Shown here: positions 58,250 through 64,000 of the stretch, piece by piece
Numbering within the stretch: position 1 is the stretch's first letter
How the letters are laid out: each line of letters starts with the position of its first letter
NCBI GenBank assembly: GCA_902826835.1
Contig: CADEGH010000001.1
Coordinates: 290,859 to 354,858, forward strand
Origin: an uncultured bacterium
GTDB taxonomy: Bacteria > Planctomycetota > GCA-002687715
Reading direction: 5' to 3'
DNA: 64,000 nucleotides
Notes under the pieces: generated by a model
Seen by the model: only the letters and a program-made list of their open reading frames with translations
Databases searched by the model: none
Told to the model about the DNA's origin: nothing
Position numbers and translations under genes: made by a program

Positions 58250-59605
58250 ATGTCGTTCGTTCGCCTGATCGTGCCATGGCTCGTCTTGGTCGGGGTTCTT
58301 GCCGCCCAATCGAGGGATGACAAAAAGCTCCAGGAGCTCGAAAAGAAGGCTCAGGAGGCCGACGCCAAGCTCGAAGGCGCCCGAGAAAACCTGCGCACCG
58401 CGTACCGCCGCTTGGAACTGGGACTCAAGGCCGTGTTCGACGCGGACGGAGTCCCCAAGCTGCGAGCCGAGCTCTTTCGCGTGATCGAACCGCTGTACCG
58501 CGAGTCGGTCACCCTTTCGGAAAAGCCCACCCCGGCAAATCGCCAGAAGCTCATGGCGGCCTGGAAGAGCGGTCTCGCCCCCGCCCTTCAGAGACTCGAA
58601 GATCCGCTCCTCAAGGAAGTGGACGCATGGCTCCAGGCCCGCGCCCAGGCGCTGTTTTTGGGTAACTCCCCCTTCGAAGCCCTGGGCAAAGACGGCGATG
58701 CTTTTGTCGGCACTTGGCTCTCGCCCTTGACCGAGGGCGCCGATCCTTTCCACGAGCGCTGGAATGCCCACCTTGCCAGCAGCCTTCCATCTGCCGCCGC
58801 TTTGCGCGAGGCGAGCCGCGCCGCCGAGGCCGCACACTGGGATGTCAAGGTCGCCAAAGACCCCGTGCTTCAGTACCAAACCGGCGCCCCCGCAGGATTC
58901 GCGCGCGTCCCAGCCGGGAGCTACGTCGTGCGAACGACGGCCGGGGTCACGACCCTCGAGGGCCGCAAGAAGGAACGGACCATCAACCTGAAGGAAACCT
59001 TCATCGGCCTGAACGAGGTGACCCAGGGCGATTACTTCGCGTGGCTCAAGGGCTTGAGTCCGGAAGAGCGGGAAAAGCGCGTTCCCAAGACCGATCGTGG
59101 CAAGCCCCTTTGGGACAACGACGCCGAAACCAAAGTCCCGACCCCCAAGCCTGAAGACCTCCAGTTGCCGGTCATCGGAGTCAGCTTCGATTCCGCTCTC
59201 TCGTACGCCAAAGCCCAGCGGGCGAGGCTTCCTACCGACGAGGAGTGGTCGGCGATGGCGGGTGGCAAAGAAGGCCGCATGTGGGCATGGGGACCGGCCT
59301 ACGAAAAAGCCAAGGCCAACGACTTGCAAGCGGGCAGCGGCAAGCTCCAGCCGGTGGGACAACTCCCGCTCGGGCGCGGCCCTTTCGGACACTGCGACGT
59401 TGCCGGCAACGCGCGGGAGTGGGTCGCCACTTACGAAAACTCCAAGCCCGTCGACCCCGCCAAGATCGAAGACGCCAATGTCTTCGTACGCGGCGGATCC
59501 TTCAACGGTGGCCCCGAAGACGTGAGCAACGGCTGGCTGTGGATCAAGCGAGCCTACTTCGACCAAGACGCCGAGACCGGCTTCCGGCTGGCGCGAGATC
59601 CCTGA
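58250..59605 (+). CDS. secreted protein with N-terminal coiled-coil region and C-terminal FGE-sulfatase/SUMF1-like domain
   Basis: Signal peptide MSFVRLIVPWLVLVGVLAAQS (ATG at 58250 verified). C-terminal RLPTDEEWSAMAGG...GNAREWVATYEN...FVRGGSFN...GFRLARD are FGE-family motifs. Confidence 0.7.
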   Translation: MSFVRLIVPWLVLVGVLAAQSRDDKKLQELEKKAQEADAKLEGARENLRTAYRRLELGLKAVFDADGVPKLRAELFRVIEPLYRESVTLSEKPTPANRQKLMAAWKSGLAPALQRLEDPLLKEVDAWLQARAQALFLGNSPFEALGKDGDAFVGTWLSPLTEGADPFHERWNAHLASSLPSAAALREASRAAEAAHWDVKVAKDPVLQYQTGAPAGFARVPAGSYVVRTTAGVTTLEGRKKERTINLKETFIGLNEVTQGDYFAWLKGLSPEEREKRVPKTDRGKPLWDNDAETKVPTPKPEDLQLPVIGVSFDSALSYAKAQRARLPTDEEWSAMAGGKEGRMWAWGPAYEKAKANDLQAGSGKLQPVGQLPLGRGPFGHCDVAGNAREWVATYENSKPVDPAKIEDANVFVRGGSFNGGPEDVSNGWLWIKRAYFDQDAETGFRLARDP

Positions 59606-59616
59606 TCTTCGCGACT

Positions 59617-59637
59617 ATCCAGGCCCCGGATAGTTGC
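59617..59637 (+). terminator. candidate hairpin (CTATCC-aggcccc-GGATAG) followed by a T-containing tract after the FGE-domain gene
   Basis: Perfect 6-bp inverted repeat 12 nt after the stop at 59605, followed by TTGCTCT. There is no strong U-tract. Confidence 0.25.
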
Positions 59638-59868
59638 TCTCGCCTACCGCAGGACCTTCAGGGATAACCGGCGAATCAGATCCGCGCGTGCTCGGAGGCT
59701 GCCTCTCCCGTCGCCGCCCAGTTTGGGCGGGACGGAGGGACACCTCCTCCGCAATGATTGAGCGCGCGGCGCCGGGAACTGGGCCACTTCCGTAGAGGGT
59801 CGTTACAAAGAGCGAGCCCCGCCTCCCACTCTGCCCTGAGGCCACTGGGACTCGCATCCGGCGATAGC

Positions 59869-61725
59869 ATGAGCGTAGTGCAAGCGATGATAGCCACTCC
59901 AATGGCCGCAACTTACTTGGTTGTGCTCGCGGTAACCGCCTGGGGAGCGCGCGTCGATCGGCAACTCACAAAGCAGGCAGGCGAGGAAAAGCGGCAGCGA
60001 GCGTGGGGATCCTTGCTCATGCTGGCGGCGGTCATCGGGGGGATCGCGCACACTTTGCCCATCGGATTCGTCAGTGACGATTTTGTCCATCTGCATTTTG
60101 TGCGCCAATACCACTCCGGACTCGATGCCTGGATTCCAAGACACGACGGGCTCGCCTATCGACCGCTGCCGATGTGGATTTGGTGGCTCTTGGACACCGC
60201 GGGCGTCGGCGCGCCCGGTTTCAAGTTTGTCGCCTGGGCCTGCGCACTGGGCACGGCCTGGTGGATGCGCGAGGTTCTCGTCCGCACCGGCCTTGGAAGT
60301 GGAGTGGCCTCGGCAGCCATGGCCATTTGGTTGGCGAGTCCCGCGACCGCGGAAGTCGTGGCGTGGACCAGCAACCTCTACAGCTCCCTCTCGACCCTGT
60401 GGGCGGCCGGTGGACTCCTCCTCATCGTGCGGGCCCGGAGAGTCGGCCCGGCGATTCTCCCGGTTCTCACGACGTGGTTGGCGGCGGCGGCCTGTAAGGA
60501 GGACATCGCGCTATGGCCGCTCCTCGGCGTGCTCATCGGGCTCTCGCCAAACTCCGGGCGCGGCGTGACGATCCGCCTCGCCATCGCGAGTCTCGCGGTC
60601 ACCCTGGGATTCACCTTGGCGAAGATGCACCTGATCGAGAGCGGTATGTCGGCTCCGAGCCTGGCGGACCATCTCGACGCGTCCGCGCAGGGCCTCGCCC
60701 GCACAATCCAGAGCACGTCGATCCTCGATAGCCTGCTGCCCATGCGGGGATTCTCGGCGGCCTGGTTCCCGCTGCGCATCGCCGCCCAGGTCGCCTTGGT
60801 CACACTTTGGATCATTCGTGTCCGCCAGGGACTCGCCCGGCCTCTCGGAATCGCCGCCGCCTTAGCGATTCTCTCGGCGATTCCCGTGGCCCGATTCGCG
60901 CCCTTCGTGATCGAAGACAGTCGCCTCTGCTACCCGATCAGTGTCGCGACGGCGGCCATCCTCGCGATCCTCTTGCCCCAGAGCGGCCGCCCGTCTCGGA
61001 CCGGCTTGGTCGCGTGCGGCTTGTTCGCACTGAGTGCCTGGAACATCGGACCGTGGCGAGTCGCATCCCATGCGCTCGAGACGCGCGTGGTGGCCTACCG
61101 ACAAGACCTCGCGAAGCTACCGATCGGAGCGGTCGTGATCCTCTATGGGATGCCGGATTCCTACGCGGGAGCGTACTGCTTTCGCAACGGCGGTCATCTC
61201 GCGGCCATCATGGCGGCACGACGACCGGACATCTCCGTTCAAGGCACCCACTACATCGGTCGGTACCACGAGGCGCTGATCTACGACGAAAAAACCGGGA
61301 GGAGCCTTCGCGCCTTCGAACGGGAGCACCAGGATCTTTGGCCAGGTGCGGAGATCGGCTGGAATCAAATAGCCCTGCGAGACCACACCGGGTTTCGGCC
61401 CGTCGACTCCGAGACCCACGATACGCCGCGCGGACTGCGGGTGTCGGCGGCCGGCGCCGTGCCCATCCTGATGGCGCCGCCTCTGCGATTGCAGGGTGGC
61501 AGCTTCCTTCGGGTGCTCATCGACGGAGAAGCCAGCCTGGATGGCGAGACCACGCCGATCCCGTTCTTCCTGTGCACGAGCGGCCCCGATGGAGCTCGGC
61601 GGGAAGCCCACGCGCCCGGGATGGACATCCCCCTCAGGCCCGGCACCACAAGAGCCGGGATCGAGCTCGCGTGCTTTCCGCGCAATTCACTGACCGTGCG
61701 CTCGGTGCGGGTTTGCCTTCGATAG
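59869..61725 (+). CDS. polytopic integral membrane protein, GT-C-type glycosyltransferase-like (putative)
   Basis: More than 10 hydrophobic TM segments. An acidic motif in the first loop (FVSDDFVHLHF) as in GT-C/PMT/ArnT-like enzymes. ATG at 59869 in frame. The family assignment is tentative. Confidence 0.55.
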   Translation: MSVVQAMIATPMAATYLVVLAVTAWGARVDRQLTKQAGEEKRQRAWGSLLMLAAVIGGIAHTLPIGFVSDDFVHLHFVRQYHSGLDAWIPRHDGLAYRPLPMWIWWLLDTAGVGAPGFKFVAWACALGTAWWMREVLVRTGLGSGVASAAMAIWLASPATAEVVAWTSNLYSSLSTLWAAGGLLLIVRARRVGPAILPVLTTWLAAAACKEDIALWPLLGVLIGLSPNSGRGVTIRLAIASLAVTLGFTLAKMHLIESGMSAPSLADHLDASAQGLARTIQSTSILDSLLPMRGFSAAWFPLRIAAQVALVTLWIIRVRQGLARPLGIAAALAILSAIPVARFAPFVIEDSRLCYPISVATAAILAILLPQSGRPSRTGLVACGLFALSAWNIGPWRVASHALETRVVAYRQDLAKLPIGAVVILYGMPDSYAGAYCFRNGGHLAAIMAARRPDISVQGTHYIGRYHEALIYDEKTGRSLRAFEREHQDLWPGAEIGWNQIALRDHTGFRPVDSETHDTPRGLRVSAAGAVPILMAPPLRLQGGSFLRVLIDGEASLDGETTPIPFFLCTSGPDGARREAHAPGMDIPLRPGTTRAGIELACFPRNSLTVRSVRVCLR

Positions 61726-61783
61726 CTCCGTCGCCGTCGTTGGCCGCGAGGAGAAGCACGCCCGGAAGTGCCGCGGGCGTTGT

Positions 61784-62416
61784 TCAGGCCGGTCGCCAGG
61801 GAGAGGCGCGGGGGCCGCAGGTGAGGAGGAGGACAAACTCCGAGTCCTCCAAGGCCAGGTAGTGAATCGGCTGCAGGCAGTCGAGTTCCGCCCCCTCGCC
61901 GGCGGCGAGTTTCCACGCGCGATCCCCGATCTTGATCTCCAGCGCTCCCACGGCCACGAAGACGGCAATGCGGTCTTTGGCATGCCACCACGGAAAGTGG
62001 GCGACCGATCCGCGGCGCGCGGATCCGAGCGCCAGTTCGACGCCGTCCAGGGTGAGAACGCGGAAGTTGAATCCTCCCTCCTTGCACTCGCGCTGCCGGT
62101 GCCGAACCAAGTCGCGCCGTTCCGCCATCGCGAGCAGTGAATAGGTGGAGAGATTCAATCCCTCGGCGATGCGGTCTAAAGTGTCGAGGTTCGGTTTGAT
62201 CTGATTCGTTTCGATCTTGGAGATCGGCGCGTAACTCAGGCCGCAGTGCTGGGCGAACTTCTCGATCGACAGTCCCTTTTGCTGCCGCAGGGCGCGGATG
62301 ATCCCGAAGTCGTAGCGACGCCGCACCTCGGCCTGGGCTTTGGGGCCAGCGGTGGCGGCTCGGTCGGGCGCCGCCGGATCCGGTTCGAGTTCGGGACTTC
62401 CCTCGGACTTCGTCAT
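61784..62416 (-). CDS. XRE-family helix-turn-helix transcriptional regulator with C-terminal cupin domain
   Basis: HTH LRQQKGLSIEKFAQHCGLSYAPISKIETNQIKPNLDTLDRIAEGLNLS. The C-terminal beta-rich domain is cupin-like. Confidence 0.7.
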   Translation of the reverse strand: MTKSEGSPELEPDPAAPDRAATAGPKAQAEVRRRYDFGIIRALRQQKGLSIEKFAQHCGLSYAPISKIETNQIKPNLDTLDRIAEGLNLSTYSLLAMAERRDLVRHRQRECKEGGFNFRVLTLDGVELALGSARRGSVAHFPWWHAKDRIAVFVAVGALEIKIGDRAWKLAAGEGAELDCLQPIHYLALEDSEFVLLLTCGPRASPWRPA

Positions 62417-62501
62417 CGGCCGGGAATCTACCCAGCCCTCGCCCCGCCCCGAATAAGCCAAATCTGAAGAGCCTGAAGCGCTTCCGACGGGCAAATCCCG
62501 C

Positions 62502-63806
62502 TCAGGGGTTCCAAAATAGGAAGGTGACGCGGCGCAACATGGAGTCGGAGGGGCTCGAATCCGCCTTCCGTTCTTCCGCGATGGAGCGGATGCGCAGCCC
62601 GGGAGTCGACTCGAGGTCGCCGATGAGCTTGCGGGCCATAGGCTCGGCCAACACCGCTGATCGGCCAGCGGAGAGCACGTTACTTGCCTGGCTCGGCGAG
62701 TGCGCAGACGGGCTCTGAGGTTGGCTCAGAACCTGAAAACCGAGGGCCGTTTGGAGTTCGGCCAGGCGGCTTGAGCCTCTCTCTCCTTCCACGAGGAAGA
62801 CGGTGGAAATGGGCGGCGAGAAACCTGCCCCGGGAGTCGCTCCCCGTCCACCCGCCTGAAGTTCCAGGGATTTGGCCGGGGGGGCACCTTGGGAATCGGC
62901 GGTAGCCGGGGGAGCGATGAAGCTGTAATTGAGGCTCGCACTGAACGCCGAGGGCAACGTGGTGCCGACCTCGGTCGCGCTGACCACGGCGGTTGTGAGG
63001 AATTCGGACGACCAGGGAACGACCCGCTGGAGCTGATCGGTCACGTTGGCCCGCGGCTGGAGCGCCGCCATGGCTCGATCCAAAGTCACCAGAGTGACCG
63101 AGCGCCTTACCTTCGCATCCCCGTCGTCTAGGGTCTGGAAAGCGTAGTAGAGACTTGGGGCCGGCGCCGTTTCGGGCGCGACCGCCCCGATCACCAGGGC
63201 CTCGTTCGAGAGTTCCTCTCTTGGGGTAGGCAGCCCTGCCGAACCGTCCGGGTCGGCCCGGGGTTCGCTTGGCTTGGCCGATGGGGCCGGCGCCGGTGAC
63301 GCCGGGGTCATCTTCCCCCCCAAAAATCCGGTCGGCCGCGATTCGTCCGATTTGGGCTGACTTGCCGCCTGGGCTGACAAGTCGGACTCGCCCTTGACTC
63401 CGCGGCCGGACTCTGGGCCAGGCAGGGAGCGGGTCTCTTTCCAGAGTATCGAGGCCGCGAGGGCGCTCGTGAGCAACAGCGCCGCCGCGCGTGCCCACCC
63501 GAGCTTTTGCAAATGGGACCAGGCCGACGCCGCCGGCGGTTCGCTCGGCAGGCCGACTCTCGGCGGAGTGGGCGCGGCCTCCACATCCTTCCGCACCCGA
63601 TCACGCAGGTCGGCAGGGGCGGAGCCGATGCCGAGACGAAGCATCTTGGTGCGCACTTCCGCAAGCGTCTCGAAAGTGCCCCGACACTCGTCGCAGGCAC
63701 CACAATGCGCCAAGAATTGTGCGTGCTCGGCGGTCGTGAGCGTCCCGTCGACCGCGTCGACCAGGAGCGAGGACCAAGCATGGCAATCGCGGTCGGATCT
63801 CATCAC
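62502..63806 (-). CDS. membrane-spanning anti-sigma factor with N-terminal zinc-binding (ZAS-type) domain
   Basis: HAQFLAHCGACDECR (HxxxCxxC) ZAS motif and TM helix AAALLLTSALAASILW. The GTG start overlaps the stop of the upstream ECF sigma gene (GTGA). Confidence 0.7.
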   Translation of the reverse strand: MMRSDRDCHAWSSLLVDAVDGTLTTAEHAQFLAHCGACDECRGTFETLAEVRTKMLRLGIGSAPADLRDRVRKDVEAAPTPPRVGLPSEPPAASAWSHLQKLGWARAAALLLTSALAASILWKETRSLPGPESGRGVKGESDLSAQAASQPKSDESRPTGFLGGKMTPASPAPAPSAKPSEPRADPDGSAGLPTPREELSNEALVIGAVAPETAPAPSLYYAFQTLDDGDAKVRRSVTLVTLDRAMAALQPRANVTDQLQRVVPWSSEFLTTAVVSATEVGTTLPSAFSASLNYSFIAPPATADSQGAPPAKSLELQAGGRGATPGAGFSPPISTVFLVEGERGSSRLAELQTALGFQVLSQPQSPSAHSPSQASNVLSAGRSAVLAEPMARKLIGDLESTPGLRIRSIAEERKADSSPSDSMLRRVTFLFWNP

Positions 63807-64000
63807 GGCACGAGTCCCAAGGAGAGACGCAAATGTTCGCGCAGCGCCAGGCGAGCCCGATGCAGGCGCGAACGCACGGTTCCGAGCGGTACTTGAAGGA
63901 GCACCGCGATCTCCTCGTAAGGACGATCCTCCATGTCGCGAAGCACCAAGACCTCACGAAACTCGAATGGCAACGCGCGCAGCGCTCGCAGGAGGCTTCG
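63803..64000 (-). CDS. ECF sigma-70 factor, C-terminal part only (gene continues beyond window end)
   Basis: Reverse-complement translation ...LRALRALPFEFREVLVLRDMEDRPYEEIAVLLQVPLGTVRSRLHRARLALREHLRLSLGLVP* is a region-4 HTH. It is not in the ORF track because no start lies within the window. Confidence 0.7.
   Translation of the reverse strand, partial: RSLLRALRALPFEFREVLVLRDMEDRPYEEIAVLLQVPLGTVRSRLHRARLALREHLRLSLGLVP

Noticed and set aside
56026-58320. 764-aa ORF on the + strand
   Set aside because: Antisense to recG, which has all helicase motifs in the opposite frame.

Overview
This 64 kb window has about 68% GC and encodes Gram-negative (diderm) envelope machinery; it is probably from Planctomycetota or a related high-GC lineage. 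The lineage call is an inference from ECF sigma factors with long extensions, the LpxC-FabZ fusion, FGE-sulfatase sensor domains and Hanks kinases. It falls into two parts around a tRNA-Lys at about 24.6 kb. The left part (1-24.6 kb) is accessory-like. It holds a 1147-aa NACHT (STAND) NTPase with a glycine-zipper N-terminus and a C-terminal FGE-sulfatase (SUMF1-like) domain, co-oriented with an outer-membrane beta-barrel gene and a membrane-anchored ECF sigma factor carrying a 650-aa extracytoplasmic extension. It also holds a secreted beta-helix protein, an ECF sigma coupled to a secreted protein, a TPR Ser/Thr kinase, an FG-GAP beta-propeller protein, a secreted astacin (M12A) metalloprotease with Ig-like repeats, and a HEAT-repeat protein. 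The astacin gene is bracketed by two diverged direct repeats. Each repeat is a 50-nt non-coding motif (94% identical) followed by the 5' part of the HEAT-repeat gene, and the upstream copy is a truncated gene remnant. The right part (24.7-64 kb) is core housekeeping: frr-pyrH-tsf-rpsB; the lipid A cluster lpxB / Gfo-Idh-MocA oxidoreductase-lpxA-lpxC::fabZ-lpxD-skp-bamA; dnaB-rplI-rpsR-rpsF; pth-rplY; glmU; a divergent tRNA-Gln pair; cinA; tatC with a C-terminal extension; a membrane coiled-coil BRCT protein; coaE; a 1013-aa secreted HEAT protein; a MATE transporter; recG; a secreted FGE-domain protein; a GT-C-like membrane protein; and an XRE-cupin / ZAS anti-sigma / ECF sigma operon that runs off the right edge. 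No CRISPR array, integrase or transposase was seen. Gene calls rest on translated-ORF motif recognition only. Coordinates of start codons are approximate where noted.
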